From sequence record PZ452591.1: DNA of 64,000 nt; one strand, 5' to 3'. Of this stretch, positions 9,241 to 18,777 are shown piece by piece. How positions within the stretch are numbered: position 1 is the stretch's first letter; each line of letters opens with the position of its first letter. The notes beneath the pieces were generated by a model. That model made no database searches and was not told the DNA's origin. It saw nothing but the letters and a program-made list of their open reading frames with translations. The position numbers were made by a program, and so were the translations under genes. The stretch is from a phage.

Positions 9241-11049
9241 CATCCATTCTTTACGAAGGTCAGCATTATCTCCCATGAGCATTTCAAAAAGCTCTTTCCA
9301 GTTCTCAGGAAGTTTAACAACATCATATACTGGATTTTGAATCATCTCACGATATTCAGATTTTTCCAAAGAGCCAAGTCCTTTAATATAACGGATGCTA
9401 TGTTTAGGTAGAGCATCTTTAGCACTCTCATATTCAGCGACTGTATAAAACCATTCTTGTTTTTTACCAATCTGTGCGATGATTACAGGAGTTTTGACAA
9501 AGCGAATTCGTCCTTGCTCAAACAGTTCTGGCCAATTACTAAAAAATCCAAGCAGAGAAGGATAAATGCTTCCTAGACCATCATGGTCAGCATCAGTCAT
9601 AATAGCAATATTATGATAATTCAAGTTTTCAGCTTTTTCACCGAGAACTAATCCAGTGATTGCGCAAATATCAAATAGTTCTTTGTTTTTAAGCATATCT
9701 GCATAAGACATACCCCAGCTATTAAGAACTTTACCACGCAATGGATAACCACCGTGAAGTTCTTTATCACGAACATCAATAAGATATCCGATAGCAGAAT
9801 CACCCTCAGTCAAGAAAAGAGTAGTGTCAGCATCTTTACCACAAAGATTCGCTTTGATATGTTTATGAACCTTAGCTTTAGAAGCCTTTTTAGCTGCTTT
9901 AGTTTCTGCTGCTTTTTCTGCCGCCAATTTACGAGCCAAAGCAGCTTCAATAATCGGCATCAGAATTGCTTCATTATTCAAAATAGCACGTGAAATCTTT
10001 TTAGCATCAAGCTGAATATGACTACGGATTTCACCAAATGGAGAAGTCAAACGCTCTTTAGTCTGAGAATCAAATCGCATGTTTTTCATATCACGAACAA
10101 ACATAACGATAGTCAAACATTCTTTGACACGTGCTTTAGTCACATCAATTTTGAACTTACGTTTGATTTGTGGAATAAGGTCTTCACAAATATCATCCAT
10201 AACACAGTCAATGTGATGGCCACCATTCTTAGTATGAATGTTATTAACGTATGTTAATTGACGAAAACCATCCGGTGAACGACCAACTGCAATAGAACAA
10301 TTTTCTTGTTCTTGAACAATAGCATGCTCATCATATTGGCGTGCATATTTCTTAAAATTGCCCTGAACCTTTTTACCATTAAAGGTAAATTGAATATCAG
10401 GATAAACTACTGCAAGTGTCTGGAGACGGTCCAGTGTAATGTCAAGATAAACCTGAGACAGCTCATTAGTTTCAAATGACATAAAATCAGGAATGAAAGT
10501 AACACGAGTTCCTTTCCATTTTCCAGGAATAGTTTCCCATGATTTATTTTCCATGCCATTTGAACAACGAACTACAATATTATTTTGACCATCACCAGTT
10601 TCACCGACAAACATCACAGAAAAAATGTTTGTCAAACTAGAACCAACACCATTCATACCACCGGTGACACGTTCTTTATCATCACCAAAGTTACCACCTG
10701 CTTTTGGAATAGTCCATGCAGCAACAGGACCAGGAATTTCTTCACCGGTAGGTGTTTTGACCATCGCTTGTGGAATACCGCGACCGTTATCTTCAACTGT
10801 TACTTGATTGTTTTTAATAGTAACATTAATTTTATTTGCGAATTTAAACTTAGTACGAATACCTTCATCTACTGAGTTATCGATAATTTCATCAATAAGC
10901 TTAACAAGACCAGGTACATACTGAACACTTTCCCATTTACCAAACAGAAAGCGCTCATGCATTTCATTAGCAGAAGAGCCGATGTACATGCCACTGCGCT
11001 TTTTGATATGTTCAATATCGCTCAGAATTTTAATTTCATTCTTAATCAT
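9232..11049 (-). CDS. 39: DNA topoisomerase II large subunit, single fused gene covering T4 gp39 plus gp60 (605 aa)
   Basis: N-terminus matches gp39 (GyrB-like), C-terminus matches gp60 (...NWPELFEQGRIRFVKTPVIIAQ...), continuous frame; ATG at 11049. Confidence 0.9.
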   Translation of the reverse strand: MIKNEIKILSDIEHIKKRSGMYIGSSANEMHERFLFGKWESVQYVPGLVKLIDEIIDNSVDEGIRTKFKFANKINVTIKNNQVTVEDNGRGIPQAMVKTPTGEEIPGPVAAWTIPKAGGNFGDDKERVTGGMNGVGSSLTNIFSVMFVGETGDGQNNIVVRCSNGMENKSWETIPGKWKGTRVTFIPDFMSFETNELSQVYLDITLDRLQTLAVVYPDIQFTFNGKKVQGNFKKYARQYDEHAIVQEQENCSIAVGRSPDGFRQLTYVNNIHTKNGGHHIDCVMDDICEDLIPQIKRKFKIDVTKARVKECLTIVMFVRDMKNMRFDSQTKERLTSPFGEIRSHIQLDAKKISRAILNNEAILMPIIEAALARKLAAEKAAETKAAKKASKAKVHKHIKANLCGKDADTTLFLTEGDSAIGYLIDVRDKELHGGYPLRGKVLNSWGMSYADMLKNKELFDICAITGLVLGEKAENLNYHNIAIMTDADHDGLGSIYPSLLGFFSNWPELFEQGRIRFVKTPVIIAQIGKKQEWFYTVAEYESAKDALPKHSIRYIKGLGSLEKSEYREMIQNPVYDVVKLPENWKELFEMLMGDNADLRKEWMSQ

Positions 11050-11102
11050 CACTTATCCTCGTTTGGTTTCGGGAATATTATACTCCGGTAATCATAAAGC
11101 TA

Positions 11103-11118
11103 AAGGCCCGAAGGCCTT
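11103..11118 (-). terminator. intercistronic CUUCGG-type hairpin (possible terminator or stability element)
   Basis: AAGGCC-CGAA-GGCCTT directly after stop of lipoprotein ORF. Confidence 0.35.
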
Positions 11119-11379
11119 TTATTTAAAACGAATAGTTGAATCCTTAAAGAACAGCCCAGAACATACTGTTCCTTCTACTTTCTGCCCAGTAGGTCCAATA
11201 GCACGAAATCCAGTATGTTGGAAATCATTTTCAGAACAACCGAACCAGTTATATCCAGTGATTTCAATATTAGTAAAACCGCTTGAAGACAAAACTTTGG
11301 TTGCATTATCAGCATCAGTACATCCTACTAAAGACACTACTAATACTAATGCTGCAATAGAACGATTAATATATTTCAT
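11119..11379 (-). CDS. putative lipoprotein (86 aa)
   Basis: Signal peptide with lipobox LVGC. Confidence 0.55.
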   Translation of the reverse strand: MKYINRSIAALVLVVSLVGCTDADNATKVLSSSGFTNIEITGYNWFGCSENDFQHTGFRAIGPTGQKVEGTVCSGLFFKDSTIRFK

Positions 11380-11381
11380 AA

Positions 11382-11558
11382 TTACCCTTTAAGCAAGTCG
11401 TAAAATCCGCCATTCACATGCTTAGGAGCGGAAACTAACCGAACAGCCAACCGATGACAATCAGGACATACATCAGTATCTCTTTCAGAAATTTTCTTGA
11501 TTTTTTCGTATTCTTTTGCGCAGTCTTTTGATTGACATTTATAATCATAAAGCGGCAT
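11382..11558 (-). CDS. small zinc-ribbon protein (58 aa), FmdB-like CxxC...CPxC
   Basis: Hand-translated MPLYDYKCQSKDCAKEYEKIKKISERDTDVCPDCHRLAV...; AAGGA SD; below track cutoff. Confidence 0.45.
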   Translation of the reverse strand: MPLYDYKCQSKDCAKEYEKIKKISERDTDVCPDCHRLAVRLVSAPKHVNGGFYDLLKG

Positions 11559-11560
11559 AA

Positions 11561-11974
11561 TTATTCCTTAAAGTGAGCTTTCAACATCTGATACAAAGAC
11601 CATGCCTGTTCATTATTTTCAATAGTAACTTTCATTACAGGGAATTTAGATTGATCAGTTATCGGTGCAGATTCTTCCTGCTCTTCAGCTGCCTGGTATG
11701 GATTTTCAACTTCATCAAAGAATTGAGCTTCACTTTTTGAAAGCCAAATAAAGTCTTCATCCAAAATATCTTTACCAGAAGATAGTACTAAATTTCCAGT
11801 AAATGACATAATTTTAATAGGACGCCCAAGAGCGTCCACATCTAAAATTTTAAAAGGGTGCATACCTAAACGCCGCGCATAAATTCCATTTTCAGTATGG
11901 TCTTTAATAAAATTTTCTTGAGCTTGTTTATTTTTAAATTGATACCATTTATTAACTTCAAATTTAATAGCCAT
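11561..11974 (-). CDS. hypothetical protein (137 aa), at the goF position of T4
   Basis: Position and size only. Confidence 0.5.
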   Translation of the reverse strand: MAIKFEVNKWYQFKNKQAQENFIKDHTENGIYARRLGMHPFKILDVDALGRPIKIMSFTGNLVLSSGKDILDEDFIWLSKSEAQFFDEVENPYQAAEEQEESAPITDQSKFPVMKVTIENNEQAWSLYQMLKAHFKE

Positions 11975-12189
11975 TAATAAATTTCCTTCCAGTAAGTTGT
12001 GCCGTTTTCAGTAATTTCACGAAATACACCGTAAATTGGTTGTTTATCACCGACTTTCTCATACACATAAACCGAAGTCAAGTGAGTAAACTTGATGGTG
12101 TGTTCCTTTTGAACTACTACCAAATCTGGATCGAATAATACATCTTCAAATTCGTCATTAGTGCAATTCTGAACAATTTTACGTTTCAT
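11974..12189 (-). CDS. hypothetical protein (71 aa), at the cef position of T4
   Basis: Position and size only. Confidence 0.5.
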   Translation of the reverse strand: MKRKIVQNCTNDEFEDVLFDPDLVVVQKEHTIKFTHLTSVYVYEKVGDKQPIYGVFREITENGTTYWKEIY

Positions 12190-12202
12190 TACAATTTCCT
12201 CA

Positions 12203-12472
12203 TTAATTGAACAGTGGAGCGATGCGTTTCAGAAGAGTAGCAGCACCTTTGGCGAATTTTACATCATGAAAAACAGTTTCTTCTTCCGTTACAACACGAG
12301 CTTTAATGTTTTCACAATCCCAATTTTTGCGAACAATCTTCAAAAGCTGCAGTAAATCTTTACATTCAGCAATATCGATAACACATCCACGAGAATCTTC
12401 CATTATCGCACGATAACCGTAAGCCATACCATAATCGTTGAAAGATTGCTCGATGATAATTAAGTTTTCCAT
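12203..12472 (-). CDS. hypothetical protein (89 aa)
   Basis: GGAGAATAAA SD then ATG at 12472; track start is TTG. Confidence 0.5.
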   Translation of the reverse strand: MENLIIIEQSFNDYGMAYGYRAIMEDSRGCVIDIAECKDLLQLLKIVRKNWDCENIKARVVTEEETVFHDVKFAKGAATLLKRIAPLFN

Positions 12473-12489
12473 TTTATTCTCCAAGTTGT

Positions 12490-12560
12490 TTTCTGTATCA
12501 GTAGTTGATATTGATATAGTACCATAATCAACTACTGATGTATATAGTTTTATGAAAAAA
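12490..12560 (-). promoter_or_regulatory. promoter-like region containing a 13-bp perfect inverted repeat
   Basis: ATCAGTAGTTGAT 12497-12509 / ATCAACTACTGAT 12526-12538 flank TATAGTACC; A/T tract follows. Confidence 0.35.
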
Positions 12561-12569
12561 TTTTAAACT

Positions 12570-13061
12570 TTATGCATAGCGAGCTTTGCTGTAGTGTTTA
12601 ATCCAACTTTCAGGAATGACTTTGTATGTTCCTAAAAATACCGCGTTGTATAACTTAACGCCATCTTCTACCCATTGATCAGTAATGTATGCACACATGG
12701 CGCGAGTACGGTTAACAACCCCTTCCTCACCTTCAGTAAATTCAAACTCATAAGGAGCAACGAACTTAATAGCTTGACCGAGTTTCCACTTAAAGTCTAC
12801 GCCTACATGCGAAGTATCAATCGTTTCAATTCCTTTAGCAGGAACAGCTTTTAAAAACGCAGACTCAAGAAATTTCGCACGAACATAGCCAAACTGGGGT
12901 TTAGACTTTCCATCTTTAGGAATGATACGCACTTTTACTTCAGAATCTTCATCTTTAACACCGTGTTTAAGCTGAATGCTTACAACTTCAACCAATTTTC
13001 CTGCTGCTTTAGAACGGGATTTATCAGATACACGAGCAATTTCACCGATATTAATAATCAT
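12570..13061 (-). CDS. motB: MotB-like protein (163 aa)
   Basis: Position between cef-like ORF and dexA; size matches T4 MotB. Confidence 0.6.
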   Translation of the reverse strand: MIINIGEIARVSDKSRSKAAGKLVEVVSIQLKHGVKDEDSEVKVRIIPKDGKSKPQFGYVRAKFLESAFLKAVPAKGIETIDTSHVGVDFKWKLGQAIKFVAPYEFEFTEGEEGVVNRTRAMCAYITDQWVEDGVKLYNAVFLGTYKVIPESWIKHYSKARYA

Positions 13062-13084
13062 AGTTATCTCTCACTTGTTAAAAA

Positions 13085-13140
13085 GATTTTATACTCCACG
13101 GGACCATTATACTCTGGTCCCAAGAGTTTGTAAACTATTA
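13085..13140 (-). promoter_or_regulatory. early promoter (-35 GTTTAC 13130-13135, -10 TATAAT 13106-13111) with -10 inside a GGGACC/GGTCCC inverted repeat
   Basis: Read directly; 18-bp spacer. Confidence 0.45.
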
Positions 13141-13680
13141 ATTCAAAATAGCTACCACTGCACTACGAGGTACTACGCTAAAATCACCTGCATGAACAAC
13201 GTTCAGAAGTTCAACACCATCTTCAATCCACTGGTCTGTTACCCAACCACAGACCGAAATAAATGGGGTCTTGATAGCTACTGCACGAGTCAAAAGGTCA
13301 GTAGGATCAACTTCTTGGAAGAGGATAATCTCTGCTTCAAAGACTATAGTTTTAATTACTTCATCATTATCTAAGCGATGTGCTCGAATCACGTAAGCTT
13401 TATTCTTATCATACCAATTACTTTTTGAAAAACTTTTAACCACAAACTCACCTTCACCAAAAACACTGGTCAATGCTTTATAACCCAAATCTAGTTCAGT
13501 AGTTTTAATTTCAGTTTCAACCAGTTTGTAGGTTTTGCCAGTTTCGATGGTCCGAGCAGTCATAAATGTTTCCTTAATTTCTAATGGTTTAACAAGAGTG
13601 CCGTACATGCTTGCTATATCCATATCAAACGGTTTATCTACAGGATTCGGTGTGTATTCAGGATTATAATTAAATTTCAT
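13138..13680 (-). CDS. hypothetical protein (180 aa), paralog of MotB-like protein
   Basis: C-terminal region resembles 12570-13061 (...TDQWxEDGVxLxN...). Confidence 0.55.
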   Translation of the reverse strand: MKFNYNPEYTPNPVDKPFDMDIASMYGTLVKPLEIKETFMTARTIETGKTYKLVETEIKTTELDLGYKALTSVFGEGEFVVKSFSKSNWYDKNKAYVIRAHRLDNDEVIKTIVFEAEIILFQEVDPTDLLTRAVAIKTPFISVCGWVTDQWIEDGVELLNVVHAGDFSVVPRSAVVAILN

Positions 13681-13682
13681 AA

Positions 13683-14195
13683 TTATCTCATTTCAATAAA
13701 ATCTACAAGTTCAGCATGGGATTTACGGAACATTACTTGATGCCCACCAATGATAACTTGGTCATCTGGCACTTCATAAATCGCAATGTACATTCCACGA
13801 TCTTTTAAGTCTTCACGCTCTTCTCGGGTGAACCATCTCATCATATCATATTCAGTAGCGAAAGCAAAATGATATAATGCAATAAACCACAATGGAATAT
13901 AATTTTCAATTCGTGAATAATCTTTATTCCATTTAGTTTTAATAGCATCATTAGCATTTTCAACTAATAACTTATCATCGTGCGGAATAGGAATACTTTC
14001 ATGACTTTCATAATTATCGCTATGATGATGAAATGACGATGAATTAATACCGCAAAATTTTAGCCAAGTTCGAGTTTTCATAGAATCAAATCCACGATAA
14101 GGAGTTGATTGAACGCATAACTCTTGCCTAATTTTCATTATACCACTATCATCATTTAATGCGCTAAACGATGATTCAACACGATAAATTTTCAT
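13683..14195 (-). CDS. hypothetical protein (170 aa)
   Basis: GAGGA SD then ATG at 14195; track TTG start lies in promoter. Confidence 0.55.
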   Translation of the reverse strand: MKIYRVESSFSALNDDSGIMKIRQELCVQSTPYRGFDSMKTRTWLKFCGINSSSFHHHSDNYESHESIPIPHDDKLLVENANDAIKTKWNKDYSRIENYIPLWFIALYHFAFATEYDMMRWFTREEREDLKDRGMYIAIYEVPDDQVIIGGHQVMFRKSHAELVDFIEMR

Positions 14196-14214
14196 TTTAT
14201 TATCCTCAGTAGCT

Positions 14215-14258
14215 ATGGTGTTATAATACCACAACTAACCGAGGAAGTAAACAACTTT
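14215..14258 (-). promoter_or_regulatory. early promoter (-35 GTTTAC 14247-14252)
   Basis: GTTTAC, 18-bp spacer, TATTAT. Confidence 0.45.
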
Positions 14259-14942
14259 TTATCGTTTTGTTGGAAGAGACAGAGGATCGCATTCTTCCTC
14301 TGACGGAGCATCTTCAAGACCCATAGCATATCGCAAAGCATACTTCATCATCAGGATGTCTTTCGCACAGTCATGAATAGAATCATGCGCAACGAATCCA
14401 TCTAAAGTTCCTTTTGGAAGAGGACATGTGGTCATATCACGAACAAGCAGAAGTGCTTCAATTCTGGTACGAATATCACGCTGATTCCAGAATTTACATG
14501 GTTCTAACTTAAATGTGTCAAGCTCATTCTCAGATACACCATTAAGGCGTTGAATATCACGAATGAGATCGACTAAAATTGGAAAATCAAACGACATTCC
14601 ACGACACCAACCCTGAGATTTCCAAGGATCGATATTATGCGCATTGATATAATCATTAAATTTTGCAATACCATCGATGGTGCTTACATCTTCATCTGAT
14701 GGTGCAATATTTTTTCGAGCTTCAGGGGATTGATTCTTCCACCATTCGATAGTACTTTTAGTAAAAAGACGATGTCCTTTTTGGCTTTTTAAATCAAATT
14801 TGATTTTAATGCCACGTGAAACTAATTCATCAAATGTTTCAACGACTTCTGGATTAGGGTCAAAAGCAATTACAGCTAAATCAATAACAGCTGCCTTTTC
14901 GCCGCTTCCCATTGTTTCAAAATCTATAATAAAATCAAACAT
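14259..14942 (-). CDS. dexA: DexA exonuclease A (227 aa)
   Basis: Protein recognised as T4 DexA; length matches. Confidence 0.85.
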   Translation of the reverse strand: MFDFIIDFETMGSGEKAAVIDLAVIAFDPNPEVVETFDELVSRGIKIKFDLKSQKGHRLFTKSTIEWWKNQSPEARKNIAPSDEDVSTIDGIAKFNDYINAHNIDPWKSQGWCRGMSFDFPILVDLIRDIQRLNGVSENELDTFKLEPCKFWNQRDIRTRIEALLLVRDMTTCPLPKGTLDGFVAHDSIHDCAKDILMMKYALRYAMGLEDAPSEEECDPLSLPTKR

Positions 14943-15184
14943 TAAATTTTCCTTGCTAAATCGCGAATTTGACCTACAGTATAGTCTTGAATATAAACTT
15001 TATTAATAGGCTCATCAATAAATTTTGCCATAGATTCAATGTCTTTTTGTATCTCTTCAAGACTGTATACTATCTTTGAAGCTTTTTCGCGAATAGTAAT
15101 ATTTTCAGGACCCGGATTTTCTTCAATGACAGCTTTAACATTTGTCATAAGAGATTTAAACTGGTACCAACTCAATTCAATCAT
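14942..15184 (-). CDS. hypothetical protein (80 aa)
   Basis: ORF; TAATG overlap with dexA start. Confidence 0.5.
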   Translation of the reverse strand: MIELSWYQFKSLMTNVKAVIEENPGPENITIREKASKIVYSLEEIQKDIESMAKFIDEPINKVYIQDYTVGQIRDLARKI

Positions 15185-15422
15185 TAATAATCGCCTTATA
15201 AAGATAGCTAATTTCGCCTAAAATATAATCATTGATTGTAACAGTTTTCACTTCACCACAAAAGAATTCTAACGCAATTAAATCTCGTTCAATTTCTTCT
15301 AATTGAAGCCTCAACTTACTAGATTCTATTTTTACAGTTTCACGATTTTTGCTATAAGCAATTTCATAAATTTCGCTTACTTTATCTTGAAGAAGATAAA
15401 ACTGATCTTTAGTTATTTCCAC
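15177..15422 (-). CDS. hypothetical protein; no in-frame ATG, probable GTG start
   Basis: GAGGAAG SD 7 nt before GTG at 15420-15422; track start is TTG. Confidence 0.4.
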   Translation of the reverse strand: MEITKDQFYLLQDKVSEIYEIAYSKNRETVKIESSKLRLQLEEIERDLIALEFFCGEVKTVTINDYILGEISYLYKAIIND

Positions 15423-15669
15423 GAATAGCTTCCTCAAATTTAATCAGTAATTTACAAACACTTTCATCTAGTGTAATTACCGTATCTGTATTACTGTGAT
15501 ATGATTGTTTTTCAATTCGTTTAATTGCTAATATAGTATCACTTATAAGATAAAGCTTATGAAGGAGCTCAGCTCCTGTTACCATAACATTAAGATTATC
15601 TTGCTTATTAGTATGCTTCCTTATACCATCTATTAGACGATTTAAATATTTTGAATTGATGTTAATCAT
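15409..15669 (-). CDS. hypothetical protein (86 aa)
   Basis: ORF between dda and dexA. Confidence 0.5.
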   Translation of the reverse strand: MININSKYLNRLIDGIRKHTNKQDNLNVMVTGAELLHKLYLISDTILAIKRIEKQSYHSNTDTVITLDESVCKLLIKFEEAIRGNN

Positions 15670-15675
15670 ATATCC

Positions 15676-16995
15676 TCACACATAAAATACATCATAACGA
15701 CCACGAGTAACACCAACATAAAGAAGTTGTTGAGCTAATTCAGCATCTGCATAATGAATACAAGGCGTATAAATGAAAGCACGGTCTACAGACATGCCCT
15801 GTGCTTTATGGAATGTTGATGCAGGAAGTGCTTTCACTTTACTAAACTGTGATTTAGCATCCCAAAAATCACTCCATGGAGCTTTTCCGCCTTTGTTCCA
15901 ATTTTTATAAGTTTCTGCCGTTTTACCTAAAAATAGGTTAAACTTATACAGTTCTTCATCAGATGAAATTATTTTAATCTTTTCACGATAATATTCATCA
16001 TCGCCATAAGTTTCTACTGTTAAATCCCAGTGACGAATTAGATATTCTCCAGGAACACCACGAGCTTTAACAAAGGTTGATGTATACTCTGCTTCTATAA
16101 TACGAACTAATTGTCCGTTGTTAAAAATAATTTCTGACACAGGCTTTCCATCAATTTTATATGTTTTAATTAATGGTTCCTGCATTACAATAATTTCACC
16201 GACAATAAAATCTTTATCAGTTTCAAAAATCTTTTTACGAATAATGCTATTTAACTTATCAACAGATTTATTCGTAAATGCCATTACGCGATTTTCAAAC
16301 AAATCATCTAGAGATTTGACGATTGAAAAATAATTTACCATAAAATCGCGTAAAGCGGTATCACCAGTAAATCCACGTACTCCATGCCCGTCAACAACTT
16401 TATCATAAATCCACTTACCGTTACGAACGTCAGTAGCTACATCAATAATAGGAGCATTACTGCGTTTAACTTCAGTGAGTTCACACTGATAAAAATCTTT
16501 ATGTGTAAAGAATGGACTGATATAAGCAGTGTTTTCTCCTGGGTCAACAGGTCTAATCTGCTTATTATCACCTATTCCAATTATAGTACACCACGGCGGG
16601 ATAGTTGAAAGCAGAATTTTAAATAGCTTTCTATCATACATTGACACTTCATCGCAGATTAATACCCTGCATTTAGCTAAATCTGGTACTTCCTTCTGCT
16701 CAAAGAGGACATTTTCTTCATATGTTACAGGGTTAATTTTAAGAATACTGTGAATAGTACTCGCTTCTTTCCCTGATAGTTTTGAAAGAATCTTTTTAGC
16801 TGCATGAGTAGGAGCTGCTAAAATAATACCAGTTTCACCCGTAGATATTAAAGCTTCAATGATGAACTTAGTAAGAGTAGTCTTACCGGTACCGGCAGGT
16901 CCATTAATAGTTACATGATGTTTCTTTTCTTTAATAGCCTTCATAACAATGTTAAAGGCATTTTTCTGGCCTTCGGTCAAATCATCAAATGTCAT
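15676..16995 (-). CDS. dda: Dda DNA helicase (439 aa, SF1)
   Basis: Protein recognised as T4 Dda; Walker A GPAGTGKT. Confidence 0.95.
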   Translation of the reverse strand: MTFDDLTEGQKNAFNIVMKAIKEKKHHVTINGPAGTGKTTLTKFIIEALISTGETGIILAAPTHAAKKILSKLSGKEASTIHSILKINPVTYEENVLFEQKEVPDLAKCRVLICDEVSMYDRKLFKILLSTIPPWCTIIGIGDNKQIRPVDPGENTAYISPFFTHKDFYQCELTEVKRSNAPIIDVATDVRNGKWIYDKVVDGHGVRGFTGDTALRDFMVNYFSIVKSLDDLFENRVMAFTNKSVDKLNSIIRKKIFETDKDFIVGEIIVMQEPLIKTYKIDGKPVSEIIFNNGQLVRIIEAEYTSTFVKARGVPGEYLIRHWDLTVETYGDDEYYREKIKIISSDEELYKFNLFLGKTAETYKNWNKGGKAPWSDFWDAKSQFSKVKALPASTFHKAQGMSVDRAFIYTPCIHYADAELAQQLLYVGVTRGRYDVFYV

Positions 16996-17303
16996 CGTAA
17001 ATTCCCTGCAATTGGTATACTAACAATACGCCCAGTATCTAAAATTCGCTGATATAATCTTTGTGTGTCTACGTCAGGCTTAACATGTTTAACTTCTATT
17101 TTATTAAACCAAAATTTACGTGGAGTCTCAACTAATCTTGGAATTCCCTTACCTAAAGCTAGTCGATACTGCTCTTTAAGAGTAGTAAATACTTTATCAG
17201 CAATCTTCCATTCAAAAAATACAGCAGGACGATGTTCATCAAGCGGAACTGGCGCCGTAAATCCGTCTTTGTCTCGGTAAACTATCGCATATACATAAAC
17301 CAT
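16992..17303 (-). CDS. hypothetical protein (103 aa), dda.1 position
   Basis: ATGA overlap with dda. Confidence 0.55.
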   Translation of the reverse strand: MVYVYAIVYRDKDGFTAPVPLDEHRPAVFFEWKIADKVFTTLKEQYRLALGKGIPRLVETPRKFWFNKIEVKHVKPDVDTQRLYQRILDTGRIVSIPIAGNLR

Positions 17304-17304
17304 A

Positions 17305-18051
17305 TTATCCTCGGATAAGTTTAAAAATTGAACAATTTAGCGGATATCCTCTTTTCAGTTTAAGTTTATCAATAAAAGACAAGTTTTGATACCGCTCTAC
17401 ACCTTGAATAATTTTATCACACATATCATATTGCATTTCTGCTTCTGACAACTTTTTCACAATTTTCCAATCCGAGCCTTTAAGAAGAACGTTCAATTTA
17501 ACAACTTCAGCGCCTTCTGCTATGCGAGAACCATCAATACGAGCTTTAAGTGCTATAATCCTCAGCTTAATGTCAGATGTCTGTTTTGATTTAGAAAGCT
17601 GAGAAATGTGTTCAATTCGGTTTTCACGTTTTTTCTGTATAGCTTTAATTTGATTATAAGTCTTTTTGATTTTAGTCCATTTCTTTTCATCTAAATTTAG
17701 TTTATGAACTTTTTTCGCAGATGAACGACCAATTCGCAAAGCAAATAAATCACGCTTTTCAATCAACTCCTCTAAAGTATAATCAGAACGAAATGTATTA
17801 TACTTTTTCTTTACTGCAATAACATTCCCTTTAATGTATCCAACGTTATTATCAAAACGTTCTAATGATAATTTCTCTCCTTCAATACGATTATCAAAAG
17901 GTTCTCCCGAGTAAGCACAAACTTTTTGATCTAAAATGTTCTTAATGTAATTGAAGTCTAAGTTAAAATCTTTAGAACGTCTTTTTGCAGATGCCTGAGT
18001 ATGCTCTAGACGACGTTTAATTTTACGAATTTGGTTATTAGACAGCTTCAT
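17305..18051 (-). CDS. srd: Srd-like protein (248 aa)
   Basis: Position between dda and modA; size matches T4 Srd. Confidence 0.5.
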   Translation of the reverse strand: MKLSNNQIRKIKRRLEHTQASAKRRSKDFNLDFNYIKNILDQKVCAYSGEPFDNRIEGEKLSLERFDNNVGYIKGNVIAVKKKYNTFRSDYTLEELIEKRDLFALRIGRSSAKKVHKLNLDEKKWTKIKKTYNQIKAIQKKRENRIEHISQLSKSKQTSDIKLRIIALKARIDGSRIAEGAEVVKLNVLLKGSDWKIVKKLSEAEMQYDMCDKIIQGVERYQNLSFIDKLKLKRGYPLNCSIFKLIRG

Positions 18052-18084
18052 ATTTTTCTCACATCTTACGGACGGTTAACTACT

Positions 18085-18125
18085 TATACTATAACATTTT
18101 TACCTTAACTTGTAAACAACTTTAT
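18085..18125 (-). promoter_or_regulatory. early promoter (-35 GTTTAC 18112-18117)
   Basis: GTTTAC, spacer, TATAGT. Confidence 0.4.
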
Positions 18126-18174
18126 GTAAAAATGCTTTAAAACTTTCATGGTATAATGAATCTAAGTCCTTCCA

Positions 18175-18777
18175 TTATAGATTAAATCCTTCAAAATCAA
18201 GAGTATAGATAGTATATGTTGAATACTTTTTGTACTCATATCTATCTGCAATTCTAAATACACTTCCAGCTGGTATCATTACTTCTTGTTCATCTGAAAC
18301 TAATTCCATATTACGATAACGATGACTATCCGGAAACTTAAAGTTTGGATTGTATTCTTTACAGCGTAGAGCTTTTATAGCATACTCCTGGAAATTGAAT
18401 ACCATAGGAGCTTTGAATTCAAAAATAACTTGTGTGTTATACTCTAAACCGGAAGCAAAATGTAGAGCTATATTTTTATCATATGAAGCTGATACGACTT
18501 TATCAAATGTAATAATATCAATTCCTTGATTTAATACTTGCTTAGTCTCAGCTGGAACACCTCTCCAAAGAGGTTTATCGTTTGGTTCCAAACGAGATTT
18601 GATTATTTCATTTAACCAAGTATGGTCATCTGGTTTATTAGTAATACAATGAATTAAAAGTTCAATTTCAGATAAATTAAACCCTTCAGAAAGTAATTCT
18701 TCACGAATAGAAGCACGCACCGATGCATCCATTGATTTTATTTTAAAATCTTTTAGTTGCATTACTGAGTATTTCAT
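18175..18777 (-). CDS. modA: ModA ADP-ribosyltransferase (200 aa)
   Basis: Position and size match T4 ModA; paralogous to the adjacent gene. Confidence 0.8.
   Translation of the reverse strand: MKYSVMQLKDFKIKSMDASVRASIREELLSEGFNLSEIELLIHCITNKPDDHTWLNEIIKSRLEPNDKPLWRGVPAETKQVLNQGIDIITFDKVVSASYDKNIALHFASGLEYNTQVIFEFKAPMVFNFQEYAIKALRCKEYNPNFKFPDSHRYRNMELVSDEQEVMIPAGSVFRIADRYEYKKYSTYTIYTLDFEGFNL

Noticed and set aside
9232-11049. Looked for the gene 60 translational bypass (take-off and landing codons around a stop with a 50-nt gap)
   Set aside because: The 39/60 region is one continuous frame with no internal stop, so no bypass element is present.
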